A stretch of DNA of 64,000 bases from Mobula birostris. Lineage: Eukaryota. Under the pieces are notes generated by a model that saw only the letters and a list, made by a program, of their open reading frames with translations, did not search any database and had not been told where the DNA came from. The translations under genes were made by a program, and so were the position numbers. Shown here piece after piece: positions 50,036-62,958 of the stretch (its first letter is position 1; each line of letters opens with the position of its first letter). The stretch covers positions 137,646,058 through 137,710,057 of the forward strand of contig NC_092372.1 of the NCBI RefSeq assembly GCF_030028105.1. The letters are read 5' to 3'.

Positions 50036-50487
50036 TAAATGCCAATTCAGGCATGAAAATGTAAGATAAGGTTATGGTAGAGCAGAGCAGTCGCTGCAAA
50101 AGTCATGGTGTGGTAAGTAAAAACAGGACTGAAATTTTGTAAGTATAGCTCCAAATAAATTGGGCAAAAAAAAATAGTGCTGGAAAGGGGACAGGTTATC
50201 TGCTTGGGGTCAAGATGCAATCAGGTATGATTTCTTGAAAGCAGAGGTTTTTGGAATAGTTTTACTCTGTGTTGCGAGATTTTCAAGTTTTGATTGAAGA
50301 TGTAGAGGTGGATTTTCTAAGTGACACTATGTTGCTGAGAATAGAATTCATTTCTCTTTGATTCTATACAAATATTGTTCTCACAATTATCAATGATAGA
50401 AACTGAAACAATACTTCTTTCTTAAATTATCCTGATTACAATATTTAGTTTAAATTAGGCATTGAAAGCTTATTGTTTGGGATTGTA

Positions 50488-50512
50488 CAGTATTATGCTA
50501 AAGTCTTAGCAC

Positions 50513-50544
<32 letters not shown>

Positions 50545-50946
50545 ATGTAGAGTGGAGAGAGAGTTTGTAAATCTGGCAGGAGCAAAGGATGTTGGGAATG
50601 GTGCCGGTGCAGACTCACCCAGTTGTGAGACATCTGCAATTAGATTTGATTCCAAACAATTAGTTTATTGATCATTGTGGAATATCCCTCTGGTACTTCC
50701 CGCTCCCTCCCATCTCCCTTCTCCTTTTCCCAAATATGATTCCCCTCTTCTTGCCCCTTTCCCACTCTGTTCACAATAGACACCAATATCAGAATGAGGT
50801 TTATCATCACTTACATATGTTATAAAACTTGATTTTGTTTTGTGGTAGCAGTACAGTGTAATACGTAAAATTACGACATTATTAAATATAGTAATAAGGT
50901 TACTATATAGATATATATATGTGCCTTAGACTTTTGCACAATACTA
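50488..50946. mobile_element. Tc1-type MITE with internal (TA)n and filler
   Basis: CAGTATTATGCTAAAGTCTTAGCAC ... GTGCCTTAGACTTTTGCACAATACT; TA flanks. Confidence 0.7.
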
Positions 50947-52769
50947 TATATGAAGCAAGAATGTAAGATTATGATAGATTATTCTGTGTACATTCTCAAA
51001 GCTGTGACCTATTTCGTGATTACTTGGCTTGTTTGAAATTTTAGTGTGAGCTGTGACTCAGTGATGATAAGTTGCAAGATTGTGAATTCAGCACCTCCTA
51101 CAGAAACTTTGAGCTCGTTTTCTGGGCTGATGCTTCAGTGAAGAGGCGTTCTGCAGTGTTACTGCTTTTCACATGAAACATGAGACATTGCTTCAATCTG
51201 CACTCCCAGACAGAATGGAAATGATCCAATGGTACTCCCTGAAGAATGGTAGGTGAGTTGCTGCTAGTAACCAGTTGTATATTTATTCCTCAACCAAAAT
51301 CAATTTAAACTGATTTTATGTCATTGTTGCAATGTTTGTGGGACCTTGGTTTGTGCAAATTAGCTGCCACAATCACTTAATTACAAGACTTGAAACTACC
51401 CATTGATTGTAAAAACTTTTGGAATGTTTGGAGGTACAGGGAATGGCAAAGCCTCCAGTTGCCCTGTGAGTCTCATGAACAAGCTTCTGGAATTCACTCA
51501 GTAGACCCTCTCCCCCTAATCCCCACTTCATGGGACATAAAACATCACATCACATGGAATATGTTCTCTGTATACACATAACCCATCACTAGGTGGCACA
51601 AAGCTTTTACCCAACAATCTGTCGAACTATTGCATCTAAATGGGTTGGATTTTCTAGCAATAATGATGGCAAATCAAAGATATTCCTTGCAATTAATCTG
51701 GGAATTAGACACAAAATCTTACTGACTGCCTGTGTGCACTTACACACACAAATCCAAATGTTGCCCTCCGAGTAGTTTTGCTCCACCAAAGGTTTTTTGA
51801 AAGTACCTTGCCTTCTGACCAAATATCTAACTATGTTTAAAGGAGTGCAATTCCAACCTTAGTCCTGAGATATTGACCAGAGTCATCAAAATAAATCAGA
51901 GATTGATTTTGGTTATATTATTCTTTCCCATTTTGTATTTGATTTAGCATTGAAATCACTATTCTAACGTACATCTCCTGATTCCAAACTTTAATTGACT
52001 CTTCATTCTGACTGTCTAAGGAATAATTTTTGACTTTCACTTTCAAACCCTATCTGACAAACTTTTGTGAAAGCACCATTAAAAGAGTGGCACAGCTTCA
52101 CCCGCTAGCTGGAAACCATTCTACATTTCCAAAATCTTACCATGGAAAGTGCTTTATATTAGTCGATTCAAACAGATATTTTTTCACAACAAAACTCGCA
52201 AAAAGACACTCTTGCATTTACTTAATACCCTTCACAAGCTGAAGAAATCCCCAAATGCTTTATAACCAGTGAACGACTTTGAAGTGCAATTAATATTGAC
52301 ATAAAGTTCTTTGAATTATTATCAGGAAAGCTGCAGTGGGCTGCAGTTTGTGTGAGTGCATATGTAAGTGTTTGTGAGAGGAAGAGAACTATGTCTTAGT
52401 GTGACTATAATTTTAATGAGTACACAAAATGACAAGACCAAACGGCCAAAATGAATAACTAAAGGATTTTAGCAATGAAGTATTGTTCACTTAACATCTC
52501 ATACTATAACAAAGGAATCTGAAAACATCTGTAATCTATTACAAAAATCAGCAGAGCCTTGTTGAATGCTACCTTCACATGGAGCTAAACTAGAATTGGA
52601 ACAGCGAGAAAACTGACAATTGCAAGCTGACACAAGTGGCAAATCTGAAAGTCAGCAATCAGACAATTTATAGGAAAGTTTTCCAACTCATAGTATGGAT
52701 TAGTTAATGAAAAGGACAAGTAAAAAATTAGATTTTTTTCTTTGTCTGCAGAGTGACAATACTTGATAA

Positions 52770-55700
52770 CTCGATTCGATTGGGAGAAGCGCACAGATGC
52801 AGTTGCTCGTCGTCATGCAAGACTGCTGAGAAGATTTTAAAGTGAGGAGTTTCTTACAGCGGGAGGTTCGATTGGGAGAAATGCACAGATGCAGTAGCTC
52901 ATCGTCATGAAAGGCCGCTGAGAATGTTCCGGGATAAAAGGGAGACACTGCCTAGCGGAGCAGTCGTTGAAGGAGTGGTTGTCGTAGCATGAGTCAGAGT
53001 AGTAGGGCTTTGGCTCATCGGGGCTTTGGCGAGGACAGGCTGAGGCGAGGTAAAGCAGTAAGTTACTTTCATATCTTTTTTTTCCTCTAACTTAAGAATA
53101 GTGGGTATGACTGTAAGGCTAGTTTTCTGCTCTTGGTGTCAGATGTGGGAAGTCCGGGAGACTTCCAGCCTCCCTGATGGCCACATCTGCGCCAACTGTA
53201 TCGAGCTGCAGCTCCCTAGAGGCTGTGTTAGGGTACTGGAGCTGCAGCTCCCTGGAGGCTGTGTTAGGGTACTGGAGCTGCAGCTCCTTAACCTTTGGCT
53301 TGTTAGGGAAAGTGAGGAGGTGAGCGATAGGAGCTGCAGGCAGGTAGTCACACTGGGGCCACTGGAGACGGGTAAGTGGGTGACTGTCTGGAGAGGGAAA
53401 GGAGAGTGTCAGGTAGTGGAGAGCACCCCTGTGGCCGTCTCCCTTAACAATTAGTACACCATTTTGTGTACTGCTGAGGGTTGGGGGGGGGTGACCTACC
53501 CAGGGGAAGTAACAGTGGGCATGCTTCTGGCACTGAGTCTGGCCCTGTTGCTTGGAAGGGTAGGGAATGGAAAAGGATGGCAGCAGTAATAGGGGACTCT
53601 ATAGTTAGCAGGGTTGATAGGTGATTTTGTGGGTGTGAGAAAGAAACACAGATGGTGGCTTGCCTCTCAGGTGCCAGGGTTCATGATGTTACTGAACGCA
53701 TCCACAATATCTTGAAATGGGAGGTGAGCAGCCTGAGGTTGTGGTAAATACTGGTACCAATAACATAGGTAGAAAAGGCAGGAGGTCCTGAAAGCAGAAT
53801 ACAGGGAATTAGGAAGGAAGCTGAGAAGCAGCTCAAGGGTAGTAATCTCGAGTTTGCTGCTTGTGCCACACGGCAGTGAGTATAGCAATAGAATGAGGTG
53901 GTGGATAAATGCGTGGCTGAAGGATTGGAGGAGGGGGCAGGGATTCAGATTTCTGGATCACTGGGACCTCTTTTGGGGCAGGTATGACCTATACAAAAAG
54001 GACGGGGTGCACTTGAATCCTGGCGGGAAGTTTGCTAATGCTGCTGGGGAGGGTTTAAACTAGATTTGCAGGGTGTGGAAACAAAAGTGAAAAGGCAGAG
54101 GGTGGGGCTGTAGTGCACAAGTAAAGACAACGTAGGGAGTTTGTGAGGAAGGGTAGGCAGACGATAGAGCAAAGGTGCACTCAGCCTGATGGTCTGACAG
54201 TTTGAGATGGATATATTTTAATGCAAGGAGTATGCTAAACAAGGCAGATGAACTTGGAGCACAGACTAATAGGTACCATGACGTTGTGGCCATTACAGAG
54301 ATTTGAATGTTTCAGGGGCAGGAATGGCTGCTGAGTGTGCCAGGCTTTAGATGTTTCAAATAGGACCGGGAAGGAGGCAAAAGAGGCGGGGGCGTGCCAT
54401 TGCTAATCAGGGATTGTGTCACGGCTGCAGAAAAGGAGGGAGACCACAATCTGTGCAGATTGGTGATAACACCCTCAGGGGTGTGTGCTTAGCCCACTGC
54501 TCCACTCTCTCCACACCCATGACTGTGTGAGTAGGCATAGCTCAAATACCATCTATAAATTTGCTGGTGATACAACCATTGTTGGTAGAATCTCAGATGG
54601 TGACGAGAGGGTGTACAGGACCAAGGTAAACCAACTAGTGGAATGGTATCGCAGCAACAACCTTGCATTCAATGACAGTAAGATGAAAGAGCTGATTGTG
54701 GACTTCAAGAAGGGTAAGACGAAGGAACACATACCAATCTCCACAGAGTGATCAGAAGTGGAGGGAGTGAGCAGCCTCAAATTCCTGGGTGTCAAGATTT
54801 CTGAGGACCTAACCTGGTCTCAATATATCGATACAGTTATAAAGAAGGCAGTGACTATACTTTATTAGCAGTTTGAAGAGATTTGATATGTCAACAAATA
54901 CACTCAAAAACTTCTACAGGTGTACCATGGAGAACGTTCTGACAGGCTACATCACTATCTGGTATTGGGGGGGGGGGGGCGGTTCTACTGCACAGGACTG
55001 AAAGAAGCTGCAGAAGGTTGTAAATTTAGTCAGCTCCATCTTGGGTGCTAGTCTACAAAGTACCCTGGATGTCTTCAAGGAGCGGTGTCTCAGAAAGGCA
55101 ACGTCCATTATTAAGGACCTCCAGCACTCAGGGCATGCCTTTTTCTCACTGTTACCATCAGGTAGTAGGTACAGAAGCATGAAGGCACACACTCAGCGAT
55201 TCAGGAACAACTCCTTTCCCTCTGCCATCCGATTCCTAAATGGACATTGAACCCTTGAACACTACCTCACTTTTTAAATATATATTATTTCTGTTTTTGC
55301 ATGATTTTTAATCTATTCAGTATACATATACTGTAATTGACTTACTTGTGTATTTATCATTATTATTTTTTATTTCTTTATTATGCATTGCTTTGAACTG
55401 CTGCTGCTGAGTTAACAAATTTCACCATACATGCCAAGGAAAATAAACCTGATTCTGATTCTGAAGTCATGGAGCGATTATCTGCTTAGTCAGTGTGGGT
55501 GGAAGTCAGAAACAGGAAGGGGGCAATAACTCTACTAGATATTTTTTATAGACCCCTAAGAGTAACGGGGTTATTAAGGAACAGATAGGTAGGCAGATAC
55601 TGGAACAATTCAATACTAATAAGGTTGTTGTGATGGTAGATCTTAACTTTCCTAATACTGATTTTCATCTCCTTAGAGCAAGGGGTTTAGATAGGGCGAA

Positions 55701-56855
55701 GTTAGTTAGATGTGTTTTGGAAGGTTTCCTGACACAATATGTAGATGAGGTGAGGTTGTACTTGATCTGGTATTGGAAATGAACCTGGTCAGGTGTCAGA
55801 TCTCTCGGTGGGAGAGTATTTTGGAGGTATTGATCACAACTCTATTTCCTTTCCCACAGTGCTGGAGATGGATAAGAGCAGACAATCTGGGAAAATGTTT
55901 AGTTGGGGTAGGGAGAAATATGATGCTATTAGGCAGGAACTTGGGAACATAAATTGGGAGCAGATGTTCTCAGGGAAATGTATGGAAGAAATGTGGCAAA
56001 TGTTCAGGGAACATTTGAATGGCGTTCTACATAGGTATGTTCCATTGATGCAGGGAAAGGATGGCACGGTAAAAGAATCATGGTGTACAAAGGATGTGGA
56101 AAATCTAGTTAAGAAGAAAAGAAAAGCTTACCAAAGGTTCAAGAAACTAGGTACTGAAAGAGTTCTAGAAGATTACAAGGTTGCCAGGAAGGAGTTTAAG
56201 AATGAAATTAGGAGAGCTAGAAGGAGCCATGAGAAGACCTTGGCAAGCAGGTTTAAGGAAAACCCCAAGGCATTCTACGAGTATGTGAAGAGCAAGAGAA
56301 TGAGCTGTGTGAAAACAGGACCAACCAGGTGTGATAGTGGAAATGTGTGCATGGAGTCAGAGGAGGTAGCGGAGGTACCTAATGAAAACTTTGCTTCAGT
56401 ATTCACCAGGGAAAAGGACCTTGGCAATTGTGGAGATGACCTACAGAGGACTGAAATGTTTGAGCATATAGACATTAAGAAAGAGAATGTGCTGGAGCTT
56501 TTAAAAAGCATTAAAGATAGGTAAGTTGCTGGGACCAGACAAGATATGCCCCAGGCTACTTTGGGAAGTGAAGGAGGAGATTGCTGAGCCTCTGGCAATG
56601 ATCTTTGCATCATCAATAGGGACGGGAGAAGTACCGGAGATTTGGAGGGCTGCAAATATTGTTCCCTTTTTCAAGAAAGGGGGTAGAGATAACCCAGGAA
56701 ATTATAGAGCACTAACTCTTACTTTAATGGTGGATAAATTGTTGGAGAAGATCCTGAGAGGCAAGATTTATGAGCATTTGGAGAGACATAATCCGATTAT
56801 GGATAATCAGCATGTCTTTGTCACGGGCAGGTCATGCCTTACGAGCCTGATTGAA
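52770..56855 (+). mobile_element. 5'-complete degenerate CR1 (5' UTR, ORF1, 5' half of ORF2), 3' truncated
   Basis: ORF1 CxxC..CxxC/leucine zipper and SGNH esterase (GDS; LYKKDGVHLN); ORF2 fragments 55793-56524 and 56526-56855. Confidence 0.9.
54440..55463 (+). mobile_element. Rex1/Babar-like LINE 3' part nested in CR1 ORF2
   Basis: LSPLLHSLHTHDC, LLPSGSRYRSMK..FPSAIRFLN; (GATTCT)n tail; CR1 resumes at GAAGTCATGG. Confidence 0.88.
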
Positions 56856-57520
56856 TTCATTGATCCAACTCTGGCCAATAATGCTCTTTGGAATTTTAAG
56901 CCTACTTAGAAGTTATCAAAACAGCACTGCCACTGACACACCCTAAGGCCCCAAAACACCTGAACCAAGAAGCATGAAGCACTTAAAACACTTAAAATAA
57001 TTAATTTTTTTTAGTGGATGGCAACAGAAACCCAGACCTTATTTTGGAGTTTCTGTGATTATGCTGTTTCTTCCCATAGTAAATCTCAACAAATTAAAGA
57101 AGTGGAATTAGCTCTTCAATCTCATGAAAAGCTAAAACTGATTGAACTATTTGACAAATCTTTCACCAGTTTATAAACTTATTTAAGTATTTTAAGTGTT
57201 TTTGATCTGTGCTTTGAAAAAAATATAGCGTATATTCAAAAATAAAGGGTACAATGTGAATCAGTTAACTTTTATAAAATGTCGATCTGTGAAGATTATT
57301 TCAGATAGCAAATCAATATCATGGTACATTAAGGTCGATGTCTTAATCTAGTATTGATAGAAATACTTTCTGTCTGATCTTACACACTATATTTGGCTTC
57401 ATGCTTCTTGGTTCAGATGCTTTGGGGCCCTAGGGTGTGTCTGTGGCAGTGCTGTTTTGATAACTTCTAGGCAGGTTTAAAATTCCAAAGAGCATTATTG
57501 GCCAGAGTTGGATCAATGAA
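56856..57520. repeat. 125-bp inverted repeat (56856-56980 / 57396-57520)
   Basis: TTCATTGATCCAACTCTGGCCAATAATGCTCTTTGGAATTTT...AGCATGAAGC versus its reverse complement, with a few mismatches. Confidence 0.93.
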
Positions 57521-58228
57521 GCAGCAAACTCTTGATTCAACAGTCAGTAGCTCATTCTGCAGACACAAGTGCAAAGAGGAAAACTTAGCCTGATGTCAGA
57601 TTCCAAGGTGAGTTGTAACAGTTCTTGTCACTGCTGAAGTAGTACTGATATTTGCTTGGGGCAGGTTCAATCAGAGTGCGTTGTTTTTCTAACTTTTGCT
57701 TCTACCTAACAGCTTCATCACTCAAGCTGGTTCATGTGGCAGTAGTGACGTCATGACTCCCATGAGGAAGACCACTGTGCACAGAGTAACATCAAACAAG
57801 CAGATTTGTGCTGAGAGCCCAAGAAGGACCAAAATAAATGCTGTTCCTCAGCTGATGACCATAAAACTCACTGAAATTAAAATAGAGTAAACAAGAGCAG
57901 TCTGATCCAAAATTCAGCAGGTGTCATAAAGTTAGGATAAACTCTGCTTCTCAGATACTTAAATATAAAAATCAATTAGACTGTGGCATTTGAACCAGAA
58001 AATATGCCCCTCCATATAACATACTTTGCCTCTGTAAATCTCTGCAACACAAAGACTTTTGGGATTAAAGCATTGGCAAGCACTGGTGACCATGGGACTA
58101 GTGTAGATTTCAGGGATCCAATTATAGTACACATTGAGTAATTCAGATGAATATCTACAATTAGCATCAACAAGTGAGCACACCAGGCATTTGATAAGAT
58201 GGATTTCACAGCAGGGTTTTAAAGTCTA

Positions 58229-58425
58229 ATATTTGTATGTATGTGCACTTGTAATGTGACTGTTACGCTGTAATTTCCTTTCAGATCAACAGAGTATCTA
58301 TCTATAACTATACTGGTCAACTCTCACATCATTTCAGTGATGTCTCACATTTGTATATCTGTGCACTTGTAATGCTACTGTGGCACTGTAATTTCCTTTG
58401 GGGTCAATAAAGTATTTATCTATCT
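58229..58425 (+). mobile_element. Two tandem LINE 3' ends (same family as the 11700 tail)
   Basis: TGTGCACTTGTAATG..CTGTAATTTCCTTT..TCAA..TATCTATCT occurs twice. Confidence 0.75.
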
Positions 58426-59819
58426 CTGTTATATTCAAGCTAAGCTCTACATCCAAAGGGGCTTAATGATTCTTCCTGTTCAGCTCTTAGTCACTCAGAA
58501 ATATGTTTAAATGTGCCAAGCCATTGTAGGATACAACTGTACCACAACCGGGAAGAATGCATGACATGCAGCCATGCTCTTGAATAAACATTTCTTACGC
58601 AACAGTGAAGCTAAACTGGGTTTGACCAGCTGTGGAAAACAAGGGGTATTTCTAAATCTGAAAAGGGCATGATTGCTGTGGCATAGTAATGCAGCAAGGA
58701 GTTCTGCAACATGTAACCTTGGCAAGGCAGCAGTGCACAACAAACTGCGTAAACTGGCAGAGATTAGTAGCAGCAATTTGGGAAGGTCTTGAGGCAGGAA
58801 GTTACGAGTGACTGTGGCTTTGATCTCCATGAGCAAGATAATCCTGGTGGATGAGGATGCACTTAGAGGTCAGAAATTGCAGGTGGTTGAATCGAATTTA
58901 AATGTTCTCCCTTTATTTGACACAGAAAAGATGAATGAAACATGGTTCTGAGTTAATAAGCAGTATCATTTTTGATGCTACTGGCTTATTTATATTGTTT
59001 CTATTGAAGAAATTATTGATTCACTATGTCAATTCCAAAGAAGCAAAGGACGTGAAGCTCAAATGATCTGCTAGTATATTTAAAGTGGAGTGGCTTAATG
59101 AAGCAGTAGAAACTGCTGTACTGAAAGCTCATGAGGCCAGGAATGTGCAGCTACAAGATATAGTTGTGTATAATACAGAAATTGGTGCTACCTGTGTGTA
59201 TTGTCACGTTGCAAAAGTTTGCAAGTGGGAAGAAGCGGAGTAATATTTGGAAACTTGACTTTATAAAGTGCTGTTTAGCAAGCAAATCACATATGGACAA
59301 TGTGCAAAGTTCCAGCAAGAAAATCCTTCATTACCTGCTACAGGCCATCTCCGTAAGTTTTGTGAGAGTGCAGATGAGCGAAAGTGAAAACAATCAAACC
59401 CAGAGGAGAACGAAGTTCTTATTGACAGTTATTTTACTTCTTTTAAACAATGAGCAACAAAATGGACTTGGTAGTTTATTATTCTTAGAAAAGCTTTAGG
59501 GTTTCTTCTACTTAAAAATTCAACGCACACATACTTGTGTCAATGGGCAAAAAATTGCACAGCACAAGATTTTTGTGCACGCTGGTCATTTCAAATTAGA
59601 GGGAAGATTGATTGTAGGTGGATTTATTATGTTCCCAACTTCAGAAATGTTGAGTGGAATAAAGAGGTGGTAGTTTAGCGTAATGTCTCAGTTTCAAAAT
59701 TTGAAAATTCATTCATTTGGCTTTCTTCTCTTAGCATAGTCCTTAAACCATTTCATGTCCTTGTCTGATTTGTCAAGTTAGACCAAACAGAGTATATTTT
59801 TAATGAGCTGGTAGATACA

Positions 59820-60110
59820 TACAGATTCAGATACAGAGATACGACATGGAATAAGCCCTTTTGGCTTTTCAAGCTGCATTGCCCAGCAACCCACCAATTT
59901 AACCCTAGCCTAATCACGGGATAATTTACAATGATCAATTAACCTTCTAACCCACATGTCTTTGGACTATGGGAGAAAACCAGAGCACCTGGAGGAAACC
60001 CACACACATACAGAAACGAACTTAAAAAATTGCTTACAGAGGATGCTGGAATTGAACTCTGAACTCCAATGACCCAATCTGTATTAGTGTCACACTAACC
60101 ACTGTCCAGC
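59820..60110 (-). mobile_element. V-type SINE
   Basis: ATGTCTTTGGACT..GAAAACCAGAGCACCTGGAGGAAACCCAC; degenerate tRNA-like head near 60050-60110. Confidence 0.75.
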
Positions 60111-60322
60111 CATGTAATCTTTTTGTTCACTCTGGTAGTCCCTAATTCTATAATATTCTTAAGCTCTGGAGTACGAGGGGACAGTATGATGTGCTGGGCT
60201 TGTATTGCCAAGACTTAATCTAACTGTCTTGAAATGTCAAATCTCACTAGGGAAATTAAAAGAATTAAATAATTCTATAATTGGAGAAGTAATATATTAT
60301 AAATAATGGCAAGAAGCCATCT

Positions 60323-61320
60323 GACCATAAGCTCTAAAAGCAGAATTAGGCCTTTTATCCCACTGAGTCTGCTTCGCCATTCCATCATGGCTGATTTATT
60401 ACCCCTGTCAATCACATTCTCCTGCCTTTTCCCTGTAACCACTGATGCCCCTACTAATCAACAACCTATCAACCTCCGCTTTAAATACATCAAGTGGCTT
60501 GGCCTCCAACGATTGACAGATTCACCATCAGGCTAAAGTAATTCCTCCTCATCTCTGTTCTAAAGGGATGTCCTTCTATTTTGAGGCTGTGCCCCTGGTC
60601 CTAGATTCCCCCACGATAGGAAACATCCTCCCCACATATACTCTACTCAGGTCTCTCAATATTTGATAGGCTTCAATGAGTTCCCTCCTCATTCTTCTAA
60701 ACCCCAGTGAATACAGGCCCGGAGCCGTCAAATGTTTCTCCTATGCTAACCCTTTTATTCCTGGGATCTAGTGAACTTTCTCCAGACTCCGTCCAATGCC
60801 AGCATATCGCTTTCTTAGATAAGGGGCTCAAAACTGCTTACGAGTGCTGTCTGGTCCCTGCCTTATAAAGCCTCAGCATTACATCCTTGCTTTTATATTC
60901 TAGTCCTCTCTAAATGAATGCTAACATTACATTTGCTTTCCTCACTAATGACTCAACCTGCAAATTAACCTTTATGGAATCCTGCATGAGGACTCCCAAG
61001 TCCCTTGCACCTTGGACTTCTGAATTTTCTTCCTGTTTAGAAAGTAGACTACCTCTTTATTTCTTCTACCAAAGTGCACGACCATACAATTCCAACACTG
61101 TATCCCATCTGCCATTTCTTTGTCAATTTTCCTAATCTGTCCAAGTCCTTCTGCAAACTCCCTGCTTCCTCAACATTACCTGCCCCTCTACCTACTTCGT
61201 ATACCCTGCAAACTTGGCCCCAAAGCCATTAATTCCATCATCCAAACCATTGAGCTATATAACAGGAAAAGCAGCAGCTCCAACACCAACCACTCGAATC
61301 ACCACTAGTCACCTGCAGCC
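60323..61320 (-). mobile_element. CR1 3' fragment
   Basis: Similar to 16411-17480 and 25005-25980. Confidence 0.85.
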
Positions 61321-61739
61321 TCCGATTCGCTGATGTCCTTTGTCCCACGTGACTTGTGGCCCCAGCCACAGAACAATGTAGCAAACTCTTTAACTGAGAG
61401 AAGCAAGAGTCGATTATTCAGTTCCTTGTGCCTACTCAGCACTTCACTATGATCATTGTTAGTTTCTTACTTGGGTGCCATGTGCATTTCGTAATCCAAT
61501 ATTCCTTGAATCTGTTAATATAGTGTGCTCAACAGGTCAGATAGCATCTGTGGAGATACAGTACGCACATTGCTAATAACTGGACAGTTCCCTTTCTGAG
61601 AACTTCAATCATTTTCTGTTTTATTTCCGACTTCGAAAATCTGCAGGTTGCTACTTAAAAATAAATAACAACATTTGCCATTCTTCAACAACTCCTTTGC
61701 ATTTTCGCTACTAGTATGTTGTAATCTCTTTGCTCATTT

Positions 61740-62265
61740 CGAAAGGGCACGGGATGTTTACGCCCTTGTTCTATTCTCCATGACCTGTTCTTCGGACCGC
61801 CTTCTTGCCTCGCTTCCCAGCTCGGCTCCTGTCATGTGTCAGTGGGAACTGTGGCTTGCTTCCTGGTGCGCGGGAACGGCTGTCCTTCCCCGATTCTTGT
61901 GCGAGCTGCGTTTCCTGGCTCCCTTCTCTTGGCAGCACTCATCATGCTGCAGCCCTCTCAGTTCAACCTGTCGCTTTCGCAGGGGATCAGGCTGTTGTTC
62001 TACGGACTGACCCCCAGCGAATCCTCCTGCAGCGAGCTCGAGGAGGTGCAGGACTACGTGCAGCAGGTGAGCCGCCCAGCTTCGGGTAACCCCATCAACC
62101 GTTTGCATTGCCTTTCATCTTGGTTTTGGATCAAACACTTCTTTGAAGCAAGTTTCACTAATAGTTCCTTGTCAGCTGCCCGCGGCGTAACTATACTGCA
62201 CTCTATACCAAGATAACAAATCGACTGGGCTGTTCCTGGGTGTTACAAACTGCGGCAGGGCGAGA
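61740..62265 (+). promoter_or_regulatory. AGMO: CpG-rich promoter/first-exon region of AGMO
   Basis: Visible local enrichment of CpG and GC around the exon, against a CpG-poor background. Confidence 0.65.
61944..62066 (+). CDS. AGMO: AGMO (alkylglycerol monooxygenase / TMEM195) first coding exon
   Basis: atcATG at 61944 gives MLQPSQFNLSLSQGIRLLFYGLTPSESSCSELEEVQDYVQQ, resembling the human N-terminus (..VSQGFRMLFYTMKPSETSFQTLEEVPDYVKK). Ends at a canonical donor CAG|GTGAGC (62067), phase 0. Lies downstream of MEOX2 as in human. Confidence 0.9.
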
Positions 62266-62634
62266 TTATATGAACACAAAAACAACCCACGGAATATAAT
62301 AGAACAATTTCTCCTTGCATCCTGGCTCTCTTTTTGCACTAATATATATATTTCTATTGTAATTTATAATTTTGACGTGTATTGCAATGTACTGCTGCCG
62401 CAAAAACAATCACAAATTTCACGATATGTCAGTGATATTAAACCCGATTCTTACTCTGTTACCTTTCCATTTCCATTTTTCTTTCTTTACAGGTGGACAG
62501 CAGTGGTTAGCAGAATACGGAGCTCCATATATTGTCCCGCTAGGGTTGAAGTGAAGTCAGAGTTTGCTTATTTGCTACAGTTAACAGTATTTTTATACAG
62601 TACAAGGCCTTTCAATCAGAAGTTTGCTTTGCCT

Positions 62635-62638
62635 GAGA

Positions 62639-62701
<63 letters not shown>

Positions 62702-62728
62702 GGACAGAGAGACAGAGACAGAGACAGA
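62635..62728. repeat. (GA)n / (GAGACA)n microsatellite in AGMO intron 1
   Basis: Direct reading. Confidence 0.95.
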
Positions 62729-62809
62729 CTCCCAACATCTGTATTTTGACATATGGAAATTAAGTTAATTATTTGATACTTGGTTTATTTAGAGGAACAA
62801 AAGGGTAAC

Positions 62810-62958
62810 AAGACCTAATTACACACGTGGCCAATTAACTTATTAACCTGCACATTTTTGGAATGTTGGAGGAAACCATAGCACCCAGAGGAAACCCACA
62901 CGATCATGGGGAGAACATACAAGTTCCTTAAAGACAGTGATAGGGATTGAACCTACAT
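62810..62958 (-). mobile_element. V-type SINE fragment
   Basis: GGAGGAAACCATAGCACCCAGAGGAAACCCACACG. Confidence 0.65.

Noticed and set aside
58440-59600. ORFs 58507-58836 and 59164-59499; possible old DNA-transposon remnant
   Set aside because: No recognisable motifs, splice structure or paired termini that I can support.
61675-62216. Several overlapping ORFs as separate genes
   Set aside because: Explained by GC-richness around AGMO exon 1; only 61944-62066 has homology and a splice donor.
62377-62763. 128-aa ORF with an RE repeat
   Set aside because: Translation of a LINE tail and a (GA)n microsatellite.
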